Shown: positions 18,313 to 27,037 of the stretch, piece after piece
Numbering within the stretch: position 1 is the first letter of the stretch
How the letters are laid out: each line of letters begins with the position of its first letter
Assembly (NCBI GenBank): GCA_002455955.1
Contig: DKLZ01000062.1
Location: 1-36,972 of the forward strand
Source: Dehalococcoidia bacterium UBA6627
GTDB lineage: Bacteria; Chloroflexota; Dehalococcoidia; UBA2979
DNA length: 36,972 nucleotides
Direction of reading: 5' to 3'
Translations under genes and position numbers: made by a program
The notes under the pieces: generated by a model
Databases searched by the model: none
The model's input: the letters and a program-made list of their open reading frames with translations, nothing else
Told to the model about the DNA's origin: nothing

Positions 18313-19842
18313 ATGAACGAACCGTTGATGATTCGCGGAGATTGGCGTGACGGCCTGCCAGAGAATGTAGATCGTGCTTCGCTGCCAACGATCACTCGTG
18401 TTGTGAGTGATTCTCGTGCGGTGGAACCGGGTGACCTTTTTGTGTGTATTGCCGGCGAGCAGTTTGACGGACATAAGTTCGCCTCGGAAGCGGTCAGATC
18501 CGGAGCGATTGCGCTTGTTGTTGCGAATGAACGTGCTGCTGAGATGCACTCGCTTCGCGTACCGGTGGTCGGTGTATCAGACCCCCGTGCTTCGATGGCA
18601 TCGATCGCAGCAGCACATGAAGGATACCCAGGGCGAAATCTCACTGTGGTAGGAATCACAGGAACTGATGGGAAATCAACCGCAGCGTTCTTGACCGTGG
18701 CAGCTCTGGAAGCTTGTGATCTTAAAGTCGGCCTTTTGTCCACTATCGAGACGCGGATTAATGGCAACGTTATTCCGATCATGGGACGTCTGACGACGCA
18801 GGAAGCACCGCTGGTTCAGCGTTTGCTAGGTGACATGGTAGATGCGGGTTGTACGCATGCAGTCATAGAGGCCACATCGCATGGGCTAGAGATGCAGCGA
18901 CTTGATCACTGCTACTTCGATATTGGTGTTCTAACCAATATCACTCCTGACCACCTTGATTTTCATGGAAATTTCGAAGCTTACCGGAAAGCCAAGGGAG
19001 CACTATTCGAAATGCTCAATGATCAACCTCATGGTGCACCTCGTAGAACCGCAGTGCTGAACCGGGATGACTCAAATTGGGAGTATTTCGCGGGGCGAAC
19101 GAAAGCTCGAATAGCAACGTACGGTGTCGAAAATTCTGAAGCTGACGTTCAAGCCAAAGACGTAATGGAGTGGTCTGACGGTTCTACATTCTATCTTGTT
19201 GCAGGGACTGACAGCATTGAGGTAAGTGTTCGTTTGCCAGGTAAATTTAACGTAGCGAATGCTGCTAGCGCGGTTACAACTGCAGCTGCGCTTGGGCTTG
19301 ATATCGAAAGGGTGGCATCAGGTGTCGCTGCCTGCCCGGGAGTACCGGGACGAATGGAGCGAATTGAAGGAGCCCCTTTTGATGTAATCGTCGACTATGC
19401 TCATACACCTGTAGCGATGCGGTTAGTTCTTGAGTCACTGCGCGAGGAAGTAAAAGGTCGCTTGATAGTGATTTTTGGGTGTGCGGGGGAAAGATCCCGA
19501 GAACGACGATCAGGGCTCGGTTTAGTAGCAGCTGAGTTATCTGACTATGCAGTGATAACTGAGGAAGATCCACGATCTGAACCACCGAGTCAGATTATTG
19601 ATGAAATTGCTGAAGCGATGCTTTCACATGGCGCTTCTGAGGGGGAAACATTCGAGCGGGTGCCCGATCGACGTGCGGCAATCGCTCGCGCCCTAGAGCT
19701 CGCTGTCGAAGGTGATTTGTTGTTACTTGCTGGTAAAGGGCACGAGCGATCAATTGAGAGATCTGATGGTTCACACCACTGGGATGACCGCGTGGTGATG
19801 CGTGAGGAAATTCGACGACAGTTTCCGGAGGAGTATGTCTAA
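18313..19842 (+). CDS. murE: UDP-N-acetylmuramoyl-dipeptide--amino acid ligase MurE
   Basis: DSRAV.PG.LF, GITGTDGKST, EATSHGL, TNITPDHLDFH, VPGRME, VDYAHTP, EDPRSE, LLAGKGHE. Confidence 0.95.
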   Translation: MNEPLMIRGDWRDGLPENVDRASLPTITRVVSDSRAVEPGDLFVCIAGEQFDGHKFASEAVRSGAIALVVANERAAEMHSLRVPVVGVSDPRASMASIAAAHEGYPGRNLTVVGITGTDGKSTAAFLTVAALEACDLKVGLLSTIETRINGNVIPIMGRLTTQEAPLVQRLLGDMVDAGCTHAVIEATSHGLEMQRLDHCYFDIGVLTNITPDHLDFHGNFEAYRKAKGALFEMLNDQPHGAPRRTAVLNRDDSNWEYFAGRTKARIATYGVENSEADVQAKDVMEWSDGSTFYLVAGTDSIEVSVRLPGKFNVANAASAVTTAAALGLDIERVASGVAACPGVPGRMERIEGAPFDVIVDYAHTPVAMRLVLESLREEVKGRLIVIFGCAGERSRERRSGLGLVAAELSDYAVITEEDPRSEPPSQIIDEIAEAMLSHGASEGETFERVPDRRAAIARALELAVEGDLLLLAGKGHERSIERSDGSHHWDDRVVMREEIRRQFPEEYV

Positions 19843-19933
19843 TTCGTTGATATCTGCAGATTCTGTCATGAGTCGGAGATTGCAATACATATCGCACTGA
19901 CCAAAGATTAGTTCTGGATAGAGGAGTAGAAAC

Positions 19934-21028
19934 GTGAAAGCTGCAGTGATGAGATCGGGTGAGACCGCTTTGCTGGTAGAAGAATTGATCCAGCAAGAAC
20001 CACAGCACGGTGAAGTGCTTGTGAAGACCGGAGCAGCTGGGGTATGTGCGAGTGACCTCCATGTCATTCATGGGACTGCTCAACTTCCGTTGCCGTGTGT
20101 TCTTGGCCATGAAGGTTCCGGCACAGTCGAAGCTGTGGGCCCTGGTGTGACTAACGTAAATCCAGGGGATCGTTGTGTGCTTGCGTTTGTGTCGAATTGT
20201 GGACATTGTCGCCAATGTCGATCTGGCAGCCCTCAGCTCTGTGAGACGAATGCTGAGACTGGTGCTTTGCAGTATGACGGCACTAGTCGTCTGAAAGACG
20301 GGAATGGAAATGAAGTGTTTCAAATGTCAAAGCTCGGAGTCTTTTCTGAGTATCAAGTAGTACCGGCTCAAGCCTGTTACCCAATGCCAGATGATGTGTC
20401 GATGGAAGTTGCGGCATTGATTGGGTGTTCGGTAACGACCGGCGTAGGGAGCGTAGTGAACGCTCCTGGTGTGACGCCCGGAATGACCGTCGCCGTTTTC
20501 GGTGTGGGCGGAGTCGGCCTGAACTCAGTGCAGGGTGCGAAGCTTATGAACGCATCACGGATAATCTCCGTTGACATTGCTGAACATAAGTTGCACTTTT
20601 CGACACGTTTCGGAGCGACCGATATCGTCGATTCGACTACCGACGATCCGGCGGAATTGATCAAAGAGTTAACTGATGGTGGTGTAGATTTCGCCTTCGA
20701 TACTTTCGGTGGGATTGAAACGACACAGCAAGCGATCGCTTCACTTCGACGGAATGGTACGGCAGTAGTTGTTGGACTTGCGCCTTTGGGTGATTCGGCG
20801 GCCGTAGATCTCGTTGACATAGTGCGTTTTCAGAAAACGGTTGTTGGTGCCTACTATGGTTCCGCAAGCCCTCACGAGAGCTTTCGCACCATGATTGATT
20901 TGTATCGATCTGGTGACCTAAAAATTGACGAGCTGATCGAACGCCGTTTCAGCCTAGATGAGATTAACGAAGGTTTTGACGCTCTGGAACGTGGCGAGGA
21001 TGGCCGCGGAGTAATTGTGTTTGATTAG
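19934..21028 (+). CDS. zinc-dependent alcohol dehydrogenase (MDR family)
   Basis: GVCASDLH, LGHEGSG, structural Zn site CGHCRQC.......C, GCSVTTG, GVGGVG; SD GAGGAG. Confidence 0.93.
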   Translation: MKAAVMRSGETALLVEELIQQEPQHGEVLVKTGAAGVCASDLHVIHGTAQLPLPCVLGHEGSGTVEAVGPGVTNVNPGDRCVLAFVSNCGHCRQCRSGSPQLCETNAETGALQYDGTSRLKDGNGNEVFQMSKLGVFSEYQVVPAQACYPMPDDVSMEVAALIGCSVTTGVGSVVNAPGVTPGMTVAVFGVGGVGLNSVQGAKLMNASRIISVDIAEHKLHFSTRFGATDIVDSTTDDPAELIKELTDGGVDFAFDTFGGIETTQQAIASLRRNGTAVVVGLAPLGDSAAVDLVDIVRFQKTVVGAYYGSASPHESFRTMIDLYRSGDLKIDELIERRFSLDEINEGFDALERGEDGRGVIVFD

Positions 21029-21112
21029 ACGGATTTCACTAAGGCATACCTGCTGTACCCTACGGCCAGTAACAAGTGAGCTTGCATAACCTTAATAAAA
21101 CGCCAGCGGGAG

Positions 21113-22492
21113 ATGCCCATGACGGCGACCGAAATGGAACCAATTCTTGATGAAGAGGCGATAGCAGATCTTCGAAGAACTGATCACGCCCATCTCTTAC
21201 ATTCTCAGCACTATGCACCGGATCATGAGCAGGCACTGATTTTTGATCACGGTGATGGCGTTTGGCTCACAGACGTGCGCGGGCGTCGTTATATCGATGG
21301 GCTTTCATCACTATGGAATGTTGCGGTAGGCCATGGTCGGGTTGAACTAGCGGATGCAGCATCCGACCAAATGCGCAAGGTGGCGTTCGCGAACGGTTAC
21401 AACGGATTTTCGAACGAACCAGCGATTAAGCTTGCAGCCAAGGTAATCGATCTCTGCTACGACAATATGGAGGCACTTTTTTTTGCGAATTCTGGAGGCG
21501 AAGCAAACGAAGGGGCATTTAAAATTGCTCGCTTCTATTGGAACCTCCAAGGTCGACACGAAAAAGTAAAACTGATCGCAAGGCCGGGTGCATACCATGG
21601 TTCGACGCTGACGACTGCATCGATGACGGGGTTACCACCGTTTTGGAAATATTTCGGCCCACTTGTACCGAATATCAGTCACACTGAACGGCCCGGTAAT
21701 CCAGAGAGTAATGACGAACCGAACACCGACGGAGAGACGGCTGAATGGTTAGAAGAAGCGATTCTACGTGAGGGTCCAGATACGGTTGCCGCGTTCATTG
21801 CTGAACCTGTGAAAGGTGCTGGCGGAGTATTCACACCTTCTGCTGATTACTTCCCACACATTCGCGAGATTTGCGACAAGTACGAAGTGCTACTGATAGC
21901 CGACGAGGTCATCACAGGGTTTGGTCGCACCGGGAAATGGTTTGCTCTTGAGCATTGGGGAGTTCAGCCCGATATCGTATCGATCGCGAAGGCAATTACC
22001 TCGGCATATATCCCTATGAGTGCGTTTATAGTCAGCGAGCCACTAGCCGATATGATGAAGAACTTACCCGCTGATGCGAAGTTCATGCATGGGTACACGA
22101 ACAGCGCACATCCTGCTGCCGCTGCGGTCGGTCTTCGCAATCTCCAGATCATTGAAGATGAAAACTTGGTCGAGAATGCGGCGAATATGGGTCAACGATT
22201 GAGTGACGGATTACACGCTGCTTTAGATGGACATCCTCACGTTGCCAACATCCGAAGTCTCGGGCTGATAGCGGGGCTTTCTCTTGTGCAAAATGCCGAG
22301 TCGAACGAACCATTTGCGGAACCTGGCACTGGTGCCAAGGTCATGGCCCATATGCGAGATGATGGTGGGGTAATTCCACGTATCATCAACGATGAATTGT
22401 TGATGGCGCCACCCTTGGTGATCAATGAAGCAGAGGTCGATACGATGGTTGACGCTGCGGCGTCAGCTATCAAGAAAGTAACTGAAAGCTAA
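21113..22492 (+). CDS. class III PLP-dependent aminotransferase (omega-amine type)
   Basis: YIDGLSSLWNV.VGHG, SGGEANE, AYHG, FIAEPV, LIADEVITGFGRTG, SIAKAITS (PLP Lys). Confidence 0.93.
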   Translation: MPMTATEMEPILDEEAIADLRRTDHAHLLHSQHYAPDHEQALIFDHGDGVWLTDVRGRRYIDGLSSLWNVAVGHGRVELADAASDQMRKVAFANGYNGFSNEPAIKLAAKVIDLCYDNMEALFFANSGGEANEGAFKIARFYWNLQGRHEKVKLIARPGAYHGSTLTTASMTGLPPFWKYFGPLVPNISHTERPGNPESNDEPNTDGETAEWLEEAILREGPDTVAAFIAEPVKGAGGVFTPSADYFPHIREICDKYEVLLIADEVITGFGRTGKWFALEHWGVQPDIVSIAKAITSAYIPMSAFIVSEPLADMMKNLPADAKFMHGYTNSAHPAAAAVGLRNLQIIEDENLVENAANMGQRLSDGLHAALDGHPHVANIRSLGLIAGLSLVQNAESNEPFAEPGTGAKVMAHMRDDGGVIPRIINDELLMAPPLVINEAEVDTMVDAAASAIKKVTES

Positions 22493-22539
22493 TAGATCTG
22501 ACTTGATTACAAATAATTGATCACCAGCATGTACCAAAA

Positions 22540-22569
22540 TTGACGAGCCGAACCCCCGATCGTTAGAGT
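22540..22569 (+). promoter_or_regulatory. putative sigma70 promoter
   Basis: TTGACG (22540-22545), 18-nt spacer, TAGAGT (22564-22569). Confidence 0.55.
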
Positions 22570-22595
22570 GTGCGTTAAGAGAGGGGGTGATGCCC

Positions 22596-22667
22596 ATGAT
22601 TGATGATAGTAGTCGTCGTCTGAACATGGAGGGTTGGAGCATCTCGACGGAGGTGCACTGTACCTAA
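22596..22667 (+). CDS. putative small peptide MIDDSSRRLNMEGWSISTEVHCT (23 aa)
   Basis: Extended SD AGGGGGTGAT precedes ATG 22596; lies between a promoter-like site and a strong terminator. Confidence 0.45.
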   Translation: MIDDSSRRLNMEGWSISTEVHCT

Positions 22668-22696
22668 GCCCCCTGTTCATGACGGGGACTTTTATG

Positions 22697-22735
22697 GGGC
22701 CGTTTGGCGAAAGCCGACGGCCCTTTTTCTTTTTT
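22697..22735 (+). terminator. intrinsic terminator
   Basis: GGGCCGTTTGGC-GAAA-GCCGACGGCCC followed by TTTTTCTTTTTT. Confidence 0.88.
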
Positions 22736-22794
22736 CTAATGATTTTGGGATATCAATGTCACAAGGTATGCCGAGTAAGTCGCGAGGCTTTTGA

Positions 22795-23586
22795 ATGTCC
22801 TTTGATCTTGACCGCTACCACGCCTTGCGAACAAGTTTGATGATCGGTGCACGTATCCAGTATCGAGCTATTACTGGATCAACTATGGATGACGCCCGCG
22901 AGTTAGTTGAGCAGGGGATGAATGCGGAAGAGGGTTTCGCTTGTATTGCTGATGAACAGCGAAATGGGCGTGGCCGACTAGGGCGGCAGTGGGTATCCGC
23001 TCCTGGGACTGGACTCTATGTGACGTACTATCTTCGTCCTAAGACTGTTTCTAACGCACCTTTCATCACACTTGCCGCAGCCTTGGCGGTAGCTGGAGCG
23101 GTGGAAACGATTTCGGGTGCTGGTACAGCGTTTAAGTGGCCGAATGATGTAATGCACAAGGGACGTAAGCTGAGCGGGATCCTCGCTGAAAGCCGCAATG
23201 TTGGGGACCACCTTGATGTTTTTCTTGGAATCGGTGTCAACCTACGGCCAAATCCAAATCTTCCGTCTGAACTAGCGGATATTGCTATTAGCATAGAAGA
23301 AATTACGGGAGAAGCTCCTGCGATTGAGGATATTGCGGCGGAACTATCGAATGTTCTCGAGGCTCGTGTCGAGCAAGTCGATCGGAAACCCGAGCTGATA
23401 TTAGATGATTGGCGAGCCCGATTAGAAACCTTGGGTCAGCGTGTGACTGTGAATACTGTTACTGGAAGTATTGACGGAATTGCAACGGATATTGGGATGC
23501 GTGGCGAACTTGTGATCAAACTAGAAGATGGTTCGCTTCAGGAAGTTGCTTCGGGTGATGTTGTTCGTCCAGCCGATTCTGGTTGA
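22795..23586 (+). CDS. birA: biotin--protein ligase (no N-terminal HTH)
   Basis: GSTMD, Q..GRGRLGRQW.S, KWPND, KLSGIL.E, GIGVN, C-terminal SH3-like G.L......SGDV. Confidence 0.94.
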   Translation: MSFDLDRYHALRTSLMIGARIQYRAITGSTMDDARELVEQGMNAEEGFACIADEQRNGRGRLGRQWVSAPGTGLYVTYYLRPKTVSNAPFITLAAALAVAGAVETISGAGTAFKWPNDVMHKGRKLSGILAESRNVGDHLDVFLGIGVNLRPNPNLPSELADIAISIEEITGEAPAIEDIAAELSNVLEARVEQVDRKPELILDDWRARLETLGQRVTVNTVTGSIDGIATDIGMRGELVIKLEDGSLQEVASGDVVRPADSG

Positions 23587-23612
23587 CGCTTCGAAACACT
23601 GGCCTCTAGGCT
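23583..23612 (+). promoter_or_regulatory. putative his operon promoter
   Basis: TTGACG (23583-23588), 18-nt spacer, TAGGCT (23607-23612). The predicted start site falls at or next to ATG 23620. Confidence 0.6.
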
Positions 23613-23619
23613 CGTTGTT

Positions 23620-23700
23620 ATGAGTAAGCCTAATACTCTCGTTCTGTGCCACCATTTGCATACGCGTGCACATAAACTGCCGTCGCGAGCGTTGAGGTAG
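23620..23700 (+). CDS. his operon leader peptide MSKPNTLVLCHHLHTRAHKLPSRALR
   Basis: Four His codons within eight (HHLHTRAH), directly upstream of an antiterminator/terminator and the his genes. Confidence 0.75.
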   Translation: MSKPNTLVLCHHLHTRAHKLPSRALR

Positions 23701-23727
23701 CCATCTGTTCCTGAACACCTCGAACTT

Positions 23728-23766
23728 AACGCCGTGACGGCCTCTTGCCCGGCGGCGTTTTTTATT
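23728..23766 (+). terminator. his attenuator terminator
   Basis: AACGCCG...CGGCGTT stem followed by TTTTATT. Its 5' arm can alternatively pair (CTTAACGC 23725-23732) with GCGTTGAG 23689-23696. Confidence 0.78.
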
Positions 23767-23901
23767 GATTTCCAACGCTGCATGGAACGACAGGAAATGA
23801 GAAGAACAGGCAGCCAAAGCATCTTTTGATAAGTGCAACTGGTCGCAGTCCGAAACGGCACCATTGCGTCCATGGCATTGACCGACGACGGAGGTAGAGT
23901 A

Positions 23902-24879
23902 ATGTCCGATCCATGGCGCAGTAGCGGAATGCACGAGCTGGATCCGGATGCGATGAAGCGCTTCAGAAGCGTCGAAGGACAGTTCCTTGAGATAACTTCC
24001 AATTTAGGATTTCAAGAAATACGAACCCCCACGATCGAGCCATTGCACCTGTATACCACTGCTGGTGCGCTTTCTCCGCAACTCCTCGATCGCGCATATT
24101 CATTCCTCGATTGGGATGGATGGAGTGGCGAACGAGTTGTACTTCGTCCTGATGCGACAGTTCCGGTAGCACGTTGGTTTGCTGATAGTGGTCGATCTGA
24201 AGCACGTGTTAGTTATATCGAACCAGTTTATCGTTTCGAATCTAGCGATGCCGATCGAGAACTATGGCAATGTGGTGTAGAACTCTTCGGGCCAAATTCG
24301 CTCGAAGGCGACCCTGAATTGTTTCAAGTGGCCATCGCGCTGCTTCGAGGGCTGAAGGTGAAGGGACTTCGTGTAGAACTTGCGCATGCCGGTTTAATTC
24401 GTGCTGCACTGACGGCAGTAGGTTTCGATCCTATCGAACAAATCGCAGCTTATTCCCGGGTACTTCAAGGTGGACCTGCTCTGATGGATGAGCTGAGTCT
24501 TGCGAGGCCAGAAGGCATAGGTGTGCTGCGGCTTCTTGCTGATGTGGATGGAGAAAGCAGCGGTTACATTGCGAATCTTCGCACTACGATACTGCCATTC
24601 GTGCCGTCTGCAGAAGAATCGCTCAATGAGCTCGAGAATGCTGTTCGGGCACTCGATTCGTTAGAAGTAGATTATCGTGTTCTGCCTGCGACCACGTCGA
24701 ATTTCGAGTATTACACTGGTGTCACTTTCCGAATGATCGCGAATGACAGCGAAATTATCGGTGGCGGCCGGTATGACGGACTGACGGAATCAGTTGGCGG
24801 TACAGCGGCACCAGCAGCTGGTTTTGCGGCATCTTTGTCACGTTTGGGTGACCTGATAAACGATGGCAGCAAAGTATGA
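23902..24879 (+). CDS. hisZ: ATP phosphoribosyltransferase regulatory subunit
   Basis: HisRS-like: GFQEIRTPTIE, VVLRPDATVPVAR, VYRFE, RELWQCGVELFG, YYTGVTF, GGGRYDGL; no anticodon-binding domain. SD GGAGGT precedes ATG 23902. Confidence 0.92.
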   Translation: MSDPWRSSGMHELDPDAMKRFRSVEGQFLEITSNLGFQEIRTPTIEPLHLYTTAGALSPQLLDRAYSFLDWDGWSGERVVLRPDATVPVARWFADSGRSEARVSYIEPVYRFESSDADRELWQCGVELFGPNSLEGDPELFQVAIALLRGLKVKGLRVELAHAGLIRAALTAVGFDPIEQIAAYSRVLQGGPALMDELSLARPEGIGVLRLLADVDGESSGYIANLRTTILPFVPSAEESLNELENAVRALDSLEVDYRVLPATTSNFEYYTGVTFRMIANDSEIIGGGRYDGLTESVGGTAAPAAGFAASLSRLGDLINDGSKV

Positions 24880-26276
24880 GTGAACTTCCAATCCGTGTCG
24901 CGTTACCTCGGGGGGAATTGCGAGAACCACTTGCTAAGCAGCTCGAAGTAGTCAACTTCATCGTAGATGGCTATGGAGAAGGATCACGGTCCTATCGCTT
25001 TGAAGTAAGAGATTGTCCCGAAGTGCAAGTTAGGGTCTTCTCGGATGGCGACATACCGATTCAGGTCGCTCTGGGTAACTATGATCTAGCAGTCTGCAGC
25101 CGTAGTTGGGTAGACGAGCTACTTGTGCGTTACTCGCACGATTCGATTGTGCTCCTTCGCGCACTCGATCTACCGAGCGAAGATCTGGTGATCGGTGGGG
25201 CTAAAGGTACGAGTTTAGAATCTGTGGCTGTATCTGGTCCTGTGCGTGTGGCGACTCAATATCCTAATTTGGCACAGTATGTGCTGGCGCGACTCCGTAT
25301 ACCAAACGTTCGCTTATTCGAAGTGTGGGCGCAAGCTCAGGCGTGGCCTCCTGATGATGCTGACTTGGCGATTGGATTGCGTACCGAGTTGGAAAAGGAC
25401 AACCTTGAAGCATTGCACGATGTTCACCGCGGCGGTGTGTGGTTGATTGCAAACAGAGCTTCCCTTGCTAGGCGGAATCTCGAAACAGCACTAGCTCCAC
25501 TCATGACGTTACCTTTGGGCTCCGATGTGACCGGCCTCGTCTCTCCGGCGCCACTCCCATTAAAGAATGTTAAAACGTCAGAGCGGAGACCTGAGCGAAC
25601 AGCTTTCCGTATTGCTGTCCCAGATGGTCATGCTCAACGAGGTTCGGTGGAAGCCCTTGCTGAAGCAGGCATTCAATTTGATGGGTACAGTACAGACAGC
25701 GCGGAACGTTGGCCACGTTCTTCGATTGATGGCGTCGAAGTGAAAGTTATGCGACCACAAGATATGCCACGTGCTGTCGCACTCGGTGGATTTGACCTCG
25801 CTTTGACTGGTCGGGACTGGCTGAGCGTCTTCGAGTCTTCGTTCCCCACAGCTCCTGTGCAACAGCTTTGTGACCTTCGTCGATCGAACTACCGCTTAGG
25901 CGCAGTGATATCGGAAGAATTGCCAGTTGAGACAATTGCAGAGGCTGTAGCGTACTGGCGAGATGGAGATCCTGACCGAACAATTCGTGTTGCTTCGGAA
26001 TACGCTTCATTAGCGGACCAATATGCACGCGATCAGCATCTGGGCCGATACCGCGTGATTCCATTATCGGGTGCATCGGAAGGATTCGTACCAGAAGACG
26101 CAGAAATTCTTATAGAAGGCACTGAGACAGGTGATACGTTGAGAGCGAATGGACTGCGTATGATAGATGTAATTATGGAGTCTACTAACTGTGCTATCGG
26201 TCATACGACGCCTCCACCTGGTCGTCGTGGTGAACTCCGTCGGCAATTTGTTGAACTGCTGTCTCGTGTAGGTTAG
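24876..26276 (+). CDS. hisG: ATP phosphoribosyltransferase, two short-form HisG domains in tandem
   Basis: Copy 1: IRVALPRG, DIPIQVALGNYDLAV, RVATQYPN. Copy 2: FRIAVPDG, RPQDMPRAV, DLALTGRDWL, SGASE, ETGDTLRANGL. ATGA overlap with hisZ. Confidence 0.9.
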   Translation: MSELPIRVALPRGELREPLAKQLEVVNFIVDGYGEGSRSYRFEVRDCPEVQVRVFSDGDIPIQVALGNYDLAVCSRSWVDELLVRYSHDSIVLLRALDLPSEDLVIGGAKGTSLESVAVSGPVRVATQYPNLAQYVLARLRIPNVRLFEVWAQAQAWPPDDADLAIGLRTELEKDNLEALHDVHRGGVWLIANRASLARRNLETALAPLMTLPLGSDVTGLVSPAPLPLKNVKTSERRPERTAFRIAVPDGHAQRGSVEALAEAGIQFDGYSTDSAERWPRSSIDGVEVKVMRPQDMPRAVALGGFDLALTGRDWLSVFESSFPTAPVQQLCDLRRSNYRLGAVISEELPVETIAEAVAYWRDGDPDRTIRVASEYASLADQYARDQHLGRYRVIPLSGASEGFVPEDAEILIEGTETGDTLRANGLRMIDVIMESTNCAIGHTTPPPGRRGELRRQFVELLSRVG

Positions 26277-26287
26277 GTCTCGAAACG

Positions 26288-27037
26288 ATGCCGTCGCTGG
26301 GTTCCCACATGGCGCGTGCACGAACGCTCGCAGAACAGCTGAAATTATCAGAGGTCGATGCTGACCGCGGAGCTTTCTATTTGGGTTCTACCGCACCAGA
26401 TATTCGGGTACTTACTCGCGCTGATCGTGCGGAAACACATTTTTTTGATCTTGACAATCTCGATCGACAGGATCCTGTCGAGAGAATGCTTGCTGCACAT
26501 CCACGACTACGGAAACCGTCTGGATTAGAAGCGTCAACTACCGCATTTATTGCAGGCTATATTACCCATCTGGTGCTTGACGAAGCTTGGATTGAGGAAG
26601 TTTATCGACCGACGTTTGGTGTCTATTCGGATATTGATAACGATCCGAGAAGCAATGTATTAGACCGTGTACTGCAGTACGAACTCGACAGGCAAGATCG
26701 CAGTGACAGCCGAAGTCGTCAAGAGTTGCAGACAGCGCTCAAAGCCTCGGCGCCACCGGAAGACATACCGTTCATTGACAGGACGTTCCTTACTCGATGG
26801 TTTCAAATGGTAAGTGAGATTGCCCAAGCAGCCCCAGACTACAGTGGTTTTCGCCGAATGATGAGTCGGCATCTTGCCGGCGCAGGATTCTCGGAAACAG
26901 ATATCGACGCGTATTGCCGGGATCCAGTACCGATTGTGGAGGAAGCTGTCAGTATTGTTTCAGCCGACCGGATCGTGCGATTCTGGGAACACGCCGCTGA
27001 TGTGATGAGCATGCGGGTCAGGCAGTATTTACGATGA
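26288..27037 (+). CDS. zinc-dependent phospholipase C / P1-nuclease-like family protein
   Basis: MP....H N-terminus, AFYLGSTAPD, THFF, FIAGYITHLVLD. Confidence 0.72.
   Translation: MPSLGSHMARARTLAEQLKLSEVDADRGAFYLGSTAPDIRVLTRADRAETHFFDLDNLDRQDPVERMLAAHPRLRKPSGLEASTTAFIAGYITHLVLDEAWIEEVYRPTFGVYSDIDNDPRSNVLDRVLQYELDRQDRSDSRSRQELQTALKASAPPEDIPFIDRTFLTRWFQMVSEIAQAAPDYSGFRRMMSRHLAGAGFSETDIDAYCRDPVPIVEEAVSIVSADRIVRFWEHAADVMSMRVRQYLR

Noticed and set aside
22634-22840. 68-aa ORF upstream of birA
   Set aside because: It crosses a strong terminator, and its poly-Phe stretch is the U-tract.
23590-23900. T-box riboswitch upstream of the his operon
   Set aside because: No AAGGTGGNACC(G/A)CG T-box sequence is present; a leader-peptide attenuator explains the region.
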